A stretch of DNA of 28,954 nucleotides from a virus (taxonomy: Duplodnaviria; Caudoviricetes): positions 1 to 28,954 of IMG/VR virus record IMGVR_UViG_3300027732_000093; one strand, written 5' to 3'. Shown here piece after piece: positions 18,067 to 26,106 of the stretch. Numbering within the stretch: position 1 is the first letter of the stretch; each line of letters opens with the position of its first letter. The translations under genes and the position numbers were made by a program. The notes below the pieces were generated by a model. The model saw nothing but the letters and a program-made list of their open reading frames with translations. It was not told where the DNA came from and ran no database searches.

Positions 18067-18201
18067 TTAATTAGTTAAAGTGATAGGAGCATCTGAACTA
18101 AGGTATGTTACTGTTATACTAGTAGTTCCTGCAGCAGTTGTTGATGTTGTACATGAATAAATGCCGGCATTTAAATCTGAAATTGTAATTGTTGTTACCA
18201 T
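18067..18201 (-). CDS. Small Thr-rich hypothetical protein, 44 aa
   Basis: Translated by hand: MVTTITISDLNAGIYSCTTSTTAAGTTSITVTYLSSDAPITLTN. Exactly fills the terL-portal gap. Confidence 0.65.
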   Translation of the reverse strand: MVTTITISDLNAGIYSCTTSTTAAGTTSITVTYLSSDAPITLTN

Positions 18202-18202
18202 T

Positions 18203-20425
18203 TTATCTTATATTTTTAAAAGCATTACGAGAAGGTCTGGTCATACCATTATTTTTACCAGAACTACCAATATGCCTAAAAGGACTATAATTTAATTTAC
18301 TAAATTTTTGTGAGTTATCCAAGTTTTTATTTGTAACTTCTATACGTTTAGATAATCCTCTATTAGATTGCTGTACCTTGGCAAAAGCTACAAGTGAACA
18401 GAATGCTACCAATCTATCCACGTTTAATCCTTCTTGGTAAGCTTGCATTTCTTTTAAAAGCATTGGATCAGGAATTCTTTCCACCCCATATATAACTTTA
18501 GTAATGGTACCATCTACATCTGTTTCCTGATCTATTTCTTCTTGTAAGAACTCAATACCATATGATAACAAGTTTCCTTTAAAAAGAGTTCCTACGTTTT
18601 TCCATCCATATTCTTGGAATACATTTCGGTTAGCTCCAATATCTTTTAAAAATAAAATCATATCTTTAGGAACTAAGTATCTTTGTTTCTTCTTAGATAT
18701 CATGTATTGAATAAATAAAGCTACGTTATTCTCCACTAAAGCCCAGGCATTATACCATTCAATCATTATCTCTAGACGTTCATGAGTTTTATTAATATCA
18801 TCAAACCTACCACACCATGAAGCAACTATAGCATCTCTTTCAATAGAGTTTTCAACTTTACCATTTCCCTCATCTTTTATAACTTCTACTGAGTTTTTAA
18901 GAATGTATATACTACATAATGAATCAGATGTAGTTGTTTTACCTTCTCCTACAGGATCAATTGATGCATAGTACATACCAAATGTCGGATTTTTACAAGG
19001 ACGTTCATATACACATATTACTCCTTCTTTATCATCAGACTTTCTACTTATAGGAAACTCCCTAATTGGAGCTTTTCTAGAAACCTTATCTACAATTTTA
19101 CCTTCAGCATCTCTTGTAAGTTCCAGATATTCAACAGGATATGCTTTATCTTCTATACGTTGTAATTGTTTAGAAACAAGATGAGGAGGAAATACAGATT
19201 CTTTTCTAGTAGCAAATGCTTCCTCTATGCATGTTGGTTTCTGAGATATACGAAGTTGGTATTGATCAGGAGGAAGATCTTTATACCATTGTTTACGTTC
19301 TTCAAATATAGCTTCTAAAGCTTCTTTAACTAAAGAGTTACCAGCTTCATCTATATAAGGAGGCATTGACCACTGCTCTGGTATAAACAAACCAGTTTCT
19401 CCTATAGTGCCTTTTTTATCTAATAAATTACTTGTAATAGCAAACATCCCATATCTATTAGGATGTAGTATCATATCTTTTAAAGGTTGGCATTGTTCAA
19501 GATCACCTACAGAACCAGCTGCTATAAACGTACCTGTAGTCACCATACCAGATTGCATAGCTGGTCTCATAAACTCATATGTATCCATCATCTTAGGAGC
19601 AATACCTGCCTCCTCATGAAAGAAGTATGTTACAGGTCCACCCACACCATTAGTTGGATCTTTCTCAAATGATGTACCTGTAATGATAGATTTATTACCC
19701 CTGTAGGTATCTCTTCCTCCAATCCTGACCTTTATTCTTTGTTGCCATGAGAATATCTTATCAGGTTCAGATGGTCTGTACCAGGCTGTATGTTCGTTAA
19801 GGAAATTTCTATATTCATTAAGCATCCTCCAAGATCCTTTCTCAGAAATATAATCTTTAAGACTAGCTCCTATTTTATTTACAGAACCTTCTTCAAACCA
19901 ATAAGCATTGATTAGTTTGGCCATGTGAAAATAAGAAGAAGCTATCTGACGTTTCTTTAGAATAGGAAGATGTTTATAATATAGTTCACCAAGACATTCG
20001 TACAAAGCCATATGATACTGAGCATCTCTCACTTTAGCAAAGTCAAAACGTTTTTCTTCTTTGTCATAAATTGGTAAAAAGTTAAGCCACATGTAATAGT
20101 CTCTAGTGACATACCATGTTTTTTCTTCTTCTTTATAAATAACTCCCCATCTACATTTAGATTTTTGTTCATCCCAATAAGCCATAAAGTCTTTACTCTT
20201 TAATGGAGCTTGACAATAATATCCTTGTTTTTGAAATTTTCTAGCTTCAATATTAAATTGCTTAGATATTTCCACAGTTAGACCATATCCCTCATCAGGA
20301 CCGGCATCTTTAAATATAGAACGTATAAAATCAATAAACTCTTCACGTGTATAAAATGTTGTTAGATCCCACACACCATTATCATAAGTAGGTATTTCTA
20401 TATAGTAATTACTTAATTTATTCAC
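18203..20425 (-). CDS. terL: Terminase large subunit, 740 aa
   Basis: Walker A-like LKKRQIASSY, Walker B FFHEEAG, coupling motif GSVG, and RNase H-like nuclease motifs SIDPV, VENN and NVDRL. Confidence 0.9.
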   Translation of the reverse strand: MNKLSNYYIEIPTYDNGVWDLTTFYTREEFIDFIRSIFKDAGPDEGYGLTVEISKQFNIEARKFQKQGYYCQAPLKSKDFMAYWDEQKSKCRWGVIYKEEEKTWYVTRDYYMWLNFLPIYDKEEKRFDFAKVRDAQYHMALYECLGELYYKHLPILKKRQIASSYFHMAKLINAYWFEEGSVNKIGASLKDYISEKGSWRMLNEYRNFLNEHTAWYRPSEPDKIFSWQQRIKVRIGGRDTYRGNKSIITGTSFEKDPTNGVGGPVTYFFHEEAGIAPKMMDTYEFMRPAMQSGMVTTGTFIAAGSVGDLEQCQPLKDMILHPNRYGMFAITSNLLDKKGTIGETGLFIPEQWSMPPYIDEAGNSLVKEALEAIFEERKQWYKDLPPDQYQLRISQKPTCIEEAFATRKESVFPPHLVSKQLQRIEDKAYPVEYLELTRDAEGKIVDKVSRKAPIREFPISRKSDDKEGVICVYERPCKNPTFGMYYASIDPVGEGKTTTSDSLCSIYILKNSVEVIKDEGNGKVENSIERDAIVASWCGRFDDINKTHERLEIMIEWYNAWALVENNVALFIQYMISKKKQRYLVPKDMILFLKDIGANRNVFQEYGWKNVGTLFKGNLLSYGIEFLQEEIDQETDVDGTITKVIYGVERIPDPMLLKEMQAYQEGLNVDRLVAFCSLVAFAKVQQSNRGLSKRIEVTNKNLDNSQKFSKLNYSPFRHIGSSGKNNGMTRPSRNAFKNIR

Positions 20426-20726
20426 GTGTAGTATTTACTAAAGTTTCCATTATTTCTGACATCATATCATTAATTTTTTGATTATAATGTTTAGTAAAAG
20501 ATTCAAATTCAGGATTTGTTTTTGTTAATTCTTCTAATTTAGAAGATCCTTCGTTAAGTTTATTTAAAAATAAATTAATAGGTACTTCTCCTTTTTTTAA
20601 TGATTCTGCAACATCTTTCAAAAAAATTTTTTCTTCTTCTGTTTTAAATGATTCATCATTTAACATCTCATTTAATTTTTCATCAATGTTTATTTCTTCT
20701 GCTTCTTTTTTAATTTTTTCTGACAT
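20418..20726 (-). CDS. Acidic/Lys-rich helical hypothetical protein, 102 aa
   Basis: ORF track. Overlaps the terL start by 8 nt. Confidence 0.65.
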   Translation of the reverse strand: MSEKIKKEAEEINIDEKLNEMLNDESFKTEEEKIFLKDVAESLKKGEVPINLFLNKLNEGSSKLEELTKTNPEFESFTKHYNQKINDMMSEIMETLVNTTRE

Positions 20727-20742
20727 AGTATTTATTTTTTGG

Positions 20743-20760
20743 TTATTGATCGTAAGCTAA
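20743..20760. repeat. 18-bp direct repeat, copy 1
   Basis: TTATTGATCGTAAGCTAA, identical to 21239-21256. Confidence 0.9.
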
Positions 20761-20772
20761 GTTTTTTGTAGT

Positions 20773-21216
20773 TCAACAACAACCACTACCTGGTTTACAA
20801 GAAGTATTTTTTATTTTTGTAGTAGGTATACCACAATGATCTTTAGCTAAACAATCTGTTTGTTTTGCAGTTAATAAAAAATTATCTCCATTAAAATCTA
20901 AACCAAATCTATTTATTGTTTCTGCTTGATATTCTATTTCAACATTTAAATCTTCATTACCAAAAAGTGGTTGTGCAGATATAATAATATTTTGAAGTTT
21001 TTGTGGTTCAAGTCTGTGTTCAAAATCATCTGCCACCCATAATTGAAGACTAACATTTTTTTCCATTCTAATAGTTCCTCCACAATCTATAAAATGTTTT
21101 GTATTTAAACCAGCTTCAGTAATGTGAAAATGCCTTGGCACAAAATTACCATTTGGTTGAATAAAGTTTAATTGAGATATACTCTTTAAATGTTGTTTAA
21201 ATTCTGATAATTTCAT
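20773..21216 (-). CDS. DUF6428-family protein (Bacteroidota arsenic-operon-associated), 147 aa
   Basis: MKLSEFK...VPRHFHITEAG...FIDCGG...QLWVADDFEHRL...EIEYQ...TDCLAKDHCGIP...CKPGSGCC, recognised by eye. Confidence 0.85.
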   Translation of the reverse strand: MKLSEFKQHLKSISQLNFIQPNGNFVPRHFHITEAGLNTKHFIDCGGTIRMEKNVSLQLWVADDFEHRLEPQKLQNIIISAQPLFGNEDLNVEIEYQAETINRFGLDFNGDNFLLTAKQTDCLAKDHCGIPTTKIKNTSCKPGSGCC

Positions 21217-21238
21217 TTTTAGTTTTTATAATTTATAA

Positions 21239-21256
21239 TTATTGATCGTAAGCTAA
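21239..21256. repeat. 18-bp direct repeat, copy 2 (encodes LAYDQ-stop of the 170-aa gene)
   Basis: Identical to 20743-20760. Confidence 0.9.
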
Positions 21257-21751
21257 ATTTTGTCCTCCTCTCACTGAACTTTGTTGTTCTTCCATAAGAT
21301 CTTTATACACTCCTTTAAATGATTGTCTTACATCATCATACTTTTCTGCCATTCTAAGAAGAGCAGAAGAAGATCCATCTCTACCAAATGTAAGAGTTTC
21401 AGTTGCTAAACTTTTACCCATATTATCTAAAAATATTTTTATACCTTGGTATGCTCTATATGTAGGAGTTTGATACATTTTCTCACATAACTTTAAAGCA
21501 TTAGATATAAGTTCATCATCAAGACTAAAATCAGCATTCACTTCTTTCAGGATAATATGTTCCTTGTCTTCTTCTGGTACATCAAAGAAAGGATTCATAT
21601 CTGGGTTGGGACAAGTCATGTAGAATAAATAAGAGTATATCTGTAAATATTCATCTGGATATTCATCCATTATATCTTTAAGAAACTTTAATGTATAACA
21701 ATGTTCACTAGGAATCACTTTACCATTTTGTACATCAAATAATCTTATCAT
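21239..21751 (-). CDS. Conserved protein upstream of TerL (candidate terminase small subunit), 170 aa
   Basis: Helical protein ending in VRGGQNLAYDQ. The TerS role is inferred from position only. Confidence 0.6.
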   Translation of the reverse strand: MIRLFDVQNGKVIPSEHCYTLKFLKDIMDEYPDEYLQIYSYLFYMTCPNPDMNPFFDVPEEDKEHIILKEVNADFSLDDELISNALKLCEKMYQTPTYRAYQGIKIFLDNMGKSLATETLTFGRDGSSSALLRMAEKYDDVRQSFKGVYKDLMEEQQSSVRGGQNLAYDQ

Positions 21752-21754
21752 TAT

Positions 21755-22051
21755 TCATATTTTTTTTAAAAAGTCCATATTACGTTTTGCTCCTTTAGGC
21801 CATCTACTTATCTTTGGTTTCCATTCTTCTGGAATTGGTGGTGTTAAACTTTCTCCTGTTGTAGGATTACCATACACTATTAAATCATTTTGATCTACAG
21901 TGCGTATAAGTCCTGTATGATATATACGTACAACAAACTGAGGATTAGATGTTACACTTCCACCAATCATAAACATTACAAGACAATCTCCAAGTCCTTT
22001 TGCATAAGCATCAAATGGATTATGCAATTCATGTATTGTTTGAGTGATCAT
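21755..22051 (-). CDS. Hypothetical protein, 98 aa
   Basis: ORF track. ATGA overlap with the upstream gene. Confidence 0.7.
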   Translation of the reverse strand: MITQTIHELHNPFDAYAKGLGDCLVMFMIGGSVTSNPQFVVRIYHTGLIRTVDQNDLIVYGNPTTGESLTPPIPEEWKPKISRWPKGAKRNMDFLKKI

Positions 22052-22281
22052 AGTTTTTCTTTTGTTTGTCTTAATAAATCTCTACCTCCATTTCTAGATA
22101 ATCCTCTAAGAACAGATTGGTTTTTTAATTCATCATTGTGTATCCACGTATGCCTATTAAAATGTTTTTCTTTTTCTGTTAAATAACATTTTCTTGCTCT
22201 TTCTTGTAGGTCAAGAGTTCCCATTTCAAATTGATCTAGTAACTCTGATAATAGTGGAATGTTGTTAGTTTGATTCTCCAT
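22048..22281 (-). CDS. Hypothetical protein, 77 aa
   Basis: ORF track. Operon packing. Confidence 0.7.
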   Translation of the reverse strand: MENQTNNIPLLSELLDQFEMGTLDLQERARKCYLTEKEKHFNRHTWIHNDELKNQSVLRGLSRNGGRDLLRQTKEKL

Positions 22282-22525
22282 CTTTAAGTTTTTTTAGTTT
22301 AACAGTATATGTTTCAACTCCTTCTTGGTCTTCTATCCAATCTTTCCAAGAATAATCATAATCAATCTGTCCTATTCTATTTTGCTTAAGGTCTTTTTTA
22401 AATGACTTAAAAAAATCCCACCATCTAATTTTTTTACATGGTTTAGGATCTTTAAGAGTACATAAGAACTTTTCAAGATCTTCTTTTTCTTCTTTTTTAG
22501 CTAAGAACTTTTTAATAATGTTCAT
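22265..22525 (-). CDS. Hypothetical Lys-rich protein, 86 aa
   Basis: ORF track. Starts immediately after the nuclease stop. Confidence 0.65.
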   Translation of the reverse strand: MNIIKKFLAKKEEKEDLEKFLCTLKDPKPCKKIRWWDFFKSFKKDLKQNRIGQIDYDYSWKDWIEDQEGVETYTVKLKKLKDGESN

Positions 22526-22527
22526 TA

Positions 22528-23355
22528 CTATTTAGCTTTTATTTTATGTTTATTATCTTCTAACCAATGAATTAGATCTATTGCTTCCTTTTTTAAATAA
22601 GGTAGGTCATATTGTACTACATCTGTGACAATAGGATTACCATAAGTATCAAGAGCAGATATAGGATTGTCAAACCTATCCCGTCCTGCCTCCTCAAACA
22701 ATATGTGATGAATTGTAAGAATACCTGGAATAAGCCTAGGATTATGCTTAAGAATAATAAACAAATACATACTAAGCTGGAGAGCATAGTGATTAAGGTG
22801 GCAATCATCAAGATGAGCCACAGGAGAAGACATCTTTTGAGAGATACCTTCCCAGTTAGTAAATCCTTCAACTTTAATTTCTTTATTAGTTTTATAATCA
22901 GTGATGTGCACTTTACCATCTATCACTTCTACAAGATCTGACTGCCCACATATACCGGCAGATTTAAAATAGACCATATGTTCTGGATAGACACCATTAG
23001 TAAGTTTTTGATTAGGGGAATGTTTAACTCCATCAATTTCAATAGGTTTAAATATAGGAACTGTAGTTCCATGTCTTTCCATATTATCATGTCCACAAAT
23101 ATCATTTTCTCTTTGATTATGATACCATGTACCAAGATCTGTAGCACGTTTAGCTTCTGACTTCCAAGCTTCTTTAATTTCTGTAGGTGTCATTCCATAC
23201 CACTTACTTTTTTTACTTTTAGCCACTTTAGATGCTATAGTTTCTGCATCAAATGGTTGCTTAAAATTTGATATAAGACTAGTGACACTTAACCAACTTA
23301 TATCGTCTGCACTTGTGTATTTATGATTATGGGCTGTAAATTTTAATATACTCAT
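22528..23355 (-). CDS. PD-(D/E)XK exonuclease (RecB/Cas4-like superfamily), about 275 aa
   Basis: Motifs SVTSLI, GTWYH, PEHMVY, GQSDLV, ITDYKTN and YALQLSMY. The start was moved to the ATG at 23355 (ATGA overlap). Confidence 0.85.
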   Translation of the reverse strand: MSILKFTAHNHKYTSADDISWLSVTSLISNFKQPFDAETIASKVAKSKKSKWYGMTPTEIKEAWKSEAKRATDLGTWYHNQRENDICGHDNMERHGTTVPIFKPIEIDGVKHSPNQKLTNGVYPEHMVYFKSAGICGQSDLVEVIDGKVHITDYKTNKEIKVEGFTNWEGISQKMSSPVAHLDDCHLNHYALQLSMYLFIILKHNPRLIPGILTIHHILFEEAGRDRFDNPISALDTYGNPIVTDVVQYDLPYLKKEAIDLIHWLEDNKHKIKAK

Positions 23356-23681
23356 AGTCCTAATTTTTCTTTTAGCTGATCTTCTTCTTCTTGTGTAAGT
23401 TCTGCTTTCCAATATCCTTTAGGACAATCAGATGATAGAGCTCTTGTCTTTAATGAAAGACTACATCCACATCCTCCTAGTTTTTCATTACAACAAGGCT
23501 GTGTTCCTGGAATCATACATCCTACACCCTGCAGATCAAAGAGAGTACACTTATTACAAACTTGCATTCTCTGTTCTGCAATTTCCTCTACATCTTCTTT
23601 TTTAAAAATACTATTTGTTAGTCCTTCTAGTATTTGTCCTTTTGACTTCCAGATTTTTATTACATTCGATCTTAGTGACAT
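23352..23681 (-). CDS. Cys-rich putative zinc-binding protein, about 109 aa
   Basis: RMQVCNKC...C...PCC...CGCSLSLK...CPKGYW. Probable start MSLRS at 23681. Confidence 0.75.
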   Translation of the reverse strand: MSLRSNVIKIWKSKGQILEGLTNSIFKKEDVEEIAEQRMQVCNKCTLFDLQGVGCMIPGTQPCCNEKLGGCGCSLSLKTRALSSDCPKGYWKAELTQEEEDQLKEKLGL

Positions 23682-24048
23682 TGCTACGTTTTTTATGTAG
23701 TTTAATAAAATCTTTTCTTTCCTTTTCTTCCTCAATAGTTTTTTTAATTGTTTTCAAATTAAAAAGGTTTTCAACTGTTTTAAATCGTGCAGTCATTTGC
23801 TGCATTCCTTTTTGTTTATTATTCTCTTCCCACTTTTCTAACATTCTAATTTTCTCATCTATTTTCCAATGCTTGATTGTAAAATCTCCAAGATTAGTTA
23901 TATGTAATCTAGGATGCTTTAATGTACCTAAATTTTTTCTAATTTCTTGCCAATAAAATGTAACAATATCTTCTACAGTTTTTTCTGATATTGATAGCTC
24001 ATTGGCAACCTGTGGTATAAACTCTTTAGCTTTCTTTGGTCTCAACAC
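23611..24048 (-). CDS. HU/IHF-like DNA-binding protein, 145 aa
   Basis: KEFIPQVANELSISEKTVEDIV...LHITNLGDFTIK matches the HU helix-helix plus GxF strand pattern. Confidence 0.6.
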   Translation of the reverse strand: MLRPKKAKEFIPQVANELSISEKTVEDIVTFYWQEIRKNLGTLKHPRLHITNLGDFTIKHWKIDEKIRMLEKWEENNKQKGMQQMTARFKTVENLFNLKTIKKTIEEEKERKDFIKLHKKRSNVTKIECNKNLEVKRTNTRRTNK

Positions 24049-24397
24049 TTAAAAATTTAAAATCAAGAAAAATGTTTCCTTGTGAATACACTTTAAGATC
24101 TGGATTTATAAATATCTTTTTCTTGTTCTTGCCTTCTTTCTTAATCAAGTTTTTCTTTTCAGCTTTAGTGAGACAATTACGTACACTTTGTGTACTAGAA
24201 AATATATCTTTAGTATGAGCTTTACTACAAAATGATGTAAGCTCTTGGTCTCCTTCCAGAGCCAAATAAGTTAAACAATCTAAGTCTGCTTCACTAACAG
24301 ATATTTTATTGAGATAACAATGAGTGAGGATTTGATATTTTACAATATCCCATTTAGTCATCTTCACTCTTTTATTCACTTGGTTTACAATAGCCAT
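24026..24397 (-). CDS. Putative winged-helix DNA-binding protein, 123 aa
   Basis: LSxxDLDCLTYL...STQSVRNCLTKAEKKNLIKK...IFINP is a wHTH-like pattern. Confidence 0.55.
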   Translation of the reverse strand: MAIVNQVNKRVKMTKWDIVKYQILTHCYLNKISVSEADLDCLTYLALEGDQELTSFCSKAHTKDIFSSTQSVRNCLTKAEKKNLIKKEGKNKKKIFINPDLKVYSQGNIFLDFKFLSVETKES

Positions 24398-24828
24398 TAT
24401 AATTCTATTTTAAAACTTTTATATTCTTCCTTTGTTCCATTCCAATCTTTATATGTAAGAATTGGAACAGCTCCAAAGTTTTCAAATATTTTCCAGCTAG
24501 ATCCCTTACGAGCTTCTCCTGTTAAAAACTCAAAATCAGAATTTGTCCCCCACTCTATAGCAAGTCTTACAAGTTCATGACCCAACCCTTTACCTTGATG
24601 ACTTGGTGAGACTGTGAAACTTTCTACATTAAGAATGTTGGTTGAATCCCATGTTAATAAAATCTCACCCACCAAATCTAGTTTATCTCTGAGCCATATA
24701 CCCTGGAAATTTTTTTCCTCTTGTAACATATACAATTTATATCCAGGTTCCCATCTAAGTTCTTTAGGATGTTCCTTTTCAAACTTTATGGTTTCTTTGT
24801 AATCTTTAAGTTTATAAAGGGGGGACAT
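24397..24828 (-). CDS. GNAT-family acetyltransferase, 143 aa
   Basis: Acetyl-CoA motif A VSPSHQGKGLGHELV, and a C-terminal IFENFG. Confidence 0.85.
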   Translation of the reverse strand: MSPLYKLKDYKETIKFEKEHPKELRWEPGYKLYMLQEEKNFQGIWLRDKLDLVGEILLTWDSTNILNVESFTVSPSHQGKGLGHELVRLAIEWGTNSDFEFLTGEARKGSSWKIFENFGAVPILTYKDWNGTKEEYKSFKIEL

Positions 24829-24834
24829 TCTGAT

Positions 24835-25167
24835 TTATTTTTTTAATTTACGTTTAGCTGGAACTGAATCTTTAGCTACTAAAACTTCGTCTCCCACTTT
24901 AAATCCTTGTTCAGAAAGTTCTGGATTTTCTTCCATATCTTCTTCTGTTAGATTGTGTGGAACTGCATCAGCAGGTGGTGTGGGATTACTCATCTGAGCA
25001 ATAAACCCTAAAGCTTTTAACTCTTTAGCTCTTGCTTCTGCTAAATCAGCATTTAAATTCTGAAGTTTTAACTGTACAGCTTTCACTTCAATTTGTTCAC
25101 TTAAAAACTTAATTACTTCCTCTTTACTTGGAGGAGGAGCCTGTTGCTCGTTTAATTGTTCGTCCAT
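24835..25167 (-). CDS. Hypothetical coiled-coil protein, 110 aa
   Basis: ORF track. A-rich leader. Confidence 0.75.
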   Translation of the reverse strand: MDEQLNEQQAPPPSKEEVIKFLSEQIEVKAVQLKLQNLNADLAEARAKELKALGFIAQMSNPTPPADAVPHNLTEEDMEENPELSEQGFKVGDEVLVAKDSVPAKRKLKK

Positions 25168-25189
25168 TTTTATTTGTTTTTTTATTGGT

Positions 25190-25483
25190 TTATAATTCTA
25201 AATCTAATGAATTGTCATCTGACAAAGTTTCCAAATTGTATTCTTTTAATAAATTAAAGAACTCTCTATATGGAGTGTCTATTATATAGGCATCCCCCGT
25301 GTTGGTAAATATTGTTGTACACCCGTATGTAGCCATACCTACATCTTCTGATGTTAGCTTAGCTGCATCCACCATAGACATATTAAATATAAAGGGCATC
25401 CATTTACCTGTGTCTTCTATACCTAAAGAATCTATATCTTTAAGATCCATAGTGTGACAATTAAGATTGCATTCGTGTAACAT
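25190..25483 (-). CDS. Hypothetical protein, 97 aa
   Basis: ORF track. Operon packing. Confidence 0.7.
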   Translation of the reverse strand: MLHECNLNCHTMDLKDIDSLGIEDTGKWMPFIFNMSMVDAAKLTSEDVGMATYGCTTIFTNTGDAYIIDTPYREFFNLLKEYNLETLSDDNSLDLEL

Positions 25484-25484
25484 A

Positions 25485-25688
25485 TTATATATTGGTTTGT
25501 GGTTTATGTGATCTATGATATTCTGTGTAATTGGTATACTTACTTCTATTAGTGGCTTTAATCATCTGCATAGCTATCATCCTTTCAACTATACCGTCCC
25601 TAACATCTATAATGGGCACTTGTACCTTTTGTCCATACTTGTTGGTTGTTTCCCTGTAATAAGATTTCTCATGTAATGTAATGCTCAT
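25485..25688 (-). CDS. Hypothetical protein, 67 aa (first gene of the late strand)
   Basis: ORF track. Its stop lies 1 nt before the next ATG. Confidence 0.65.
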   Translation of the reverse strand: MSITLHEKSYYRETTNKYGQKVQVPIIDVRDGIVERMIAMQMIKATNRSKYTNYTEYHRSHKPQTNI

Positions 25689-25692
25689 ACTA

Positions 25693-25700
25693 TAATATAC
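25693..25700 (-). promoter_or_regulatory. Putative late promoter motif GTATATTA at the head of the minus-strand module
   Basis: AAGTATATTATAG just upstream of the first minus-strand ORF. Confidence 0.45.
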
Positions 25701-25759
25701 TTTAAATGTTTAAACTTAACAAATTTAATAATTTTAAATTTATAACTCATTGATAAGTT

Positions 25760-26030
25760 ATCCCCCCTATGTTAATATCCCTTAGTGTACCCCCGTGGTC
25801 CGTGTTTGAGGATGTAGGTACCTTCTAGCCAGCAGGCCCCGGCCAACATACAGCAGGGTGGGTACCCCCATAAAACTACAGGACACTTTAAAAATACAGG
25901 GAAAAAAAAGAATGCTTATCTTTCTACCAAGGAGAAGGTAGACATGGTAGAAGACAAGACAACAAGGTCTATCATCTATGTTATCTATGTTATCTATCTA
26001 TCATATATATATACTATATCTATGTATTAG
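25760..26030. other. Strand-switch region: GC-rich patch plus ATCTAT micro-repeats (candidate genome end/pac/origin)
   Basis: Non-coding. C/G runs and three GTACC cores at about 25788-25870. TTATCTATG-type repeats at about 25968-26025. Confidence 0.4.
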
Positions 26031-26084
26031 TATTGAACACTCAGCCAGGTCAGCTACACTCTGTATATATATAGGCTCTAATGT

Positions 26085-26100
26085 CCTTTATTAAATTGGT
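26085..26100 (+). promoter_or_regulatory. Repeated early-region motif copy 1 (CCTTTATTAAATTGGT)
   Basis: One of 8 intergenic copies. Confidence 0.65.
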
Positions 26101-26106
26101 CAAGAT

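Noticed and set aside
12293-20425. Introns or inteins in TerL, portal or MCP
   Set aside because: The reading frames are continuous, with no LAGLIDADG/HNH insert or intein C...HN splice motifs seen.
22528-23355. Cas4 / CRISPR system
   Set aside because: A generic PD-(D/E)XK nuclease without the Cas4 Fe-S cysteine set. No cas genes or array are present.
3850-24802. Numerous short plus-strand ORFs and alternative-frame minus ORFs inside the late module (e.g. 4693, 6061, 7882, 12728, 15520, 16870, 19407, 22617, 23615)
   Set aside because: They are antisense to or nested within well-supported genes, have atypical composition and lack leaders.
20773-24828. DUF6428 plus GNAT as a captured arsenic-resistance operon
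   Set aside because: The genes are 3 kb apart and separated by core phage genes. There is no arsR, arsC or acr3, and only DUF6428 lies within the direct repeats.
3270-25688. Stop-codon reassignment (TAG or TGA) as in some crAss-like phages
   Set aside because: TerL, portal, MCP and other long genes are intact in code 11, and both TAG and TGA occur at plausible gene ends.
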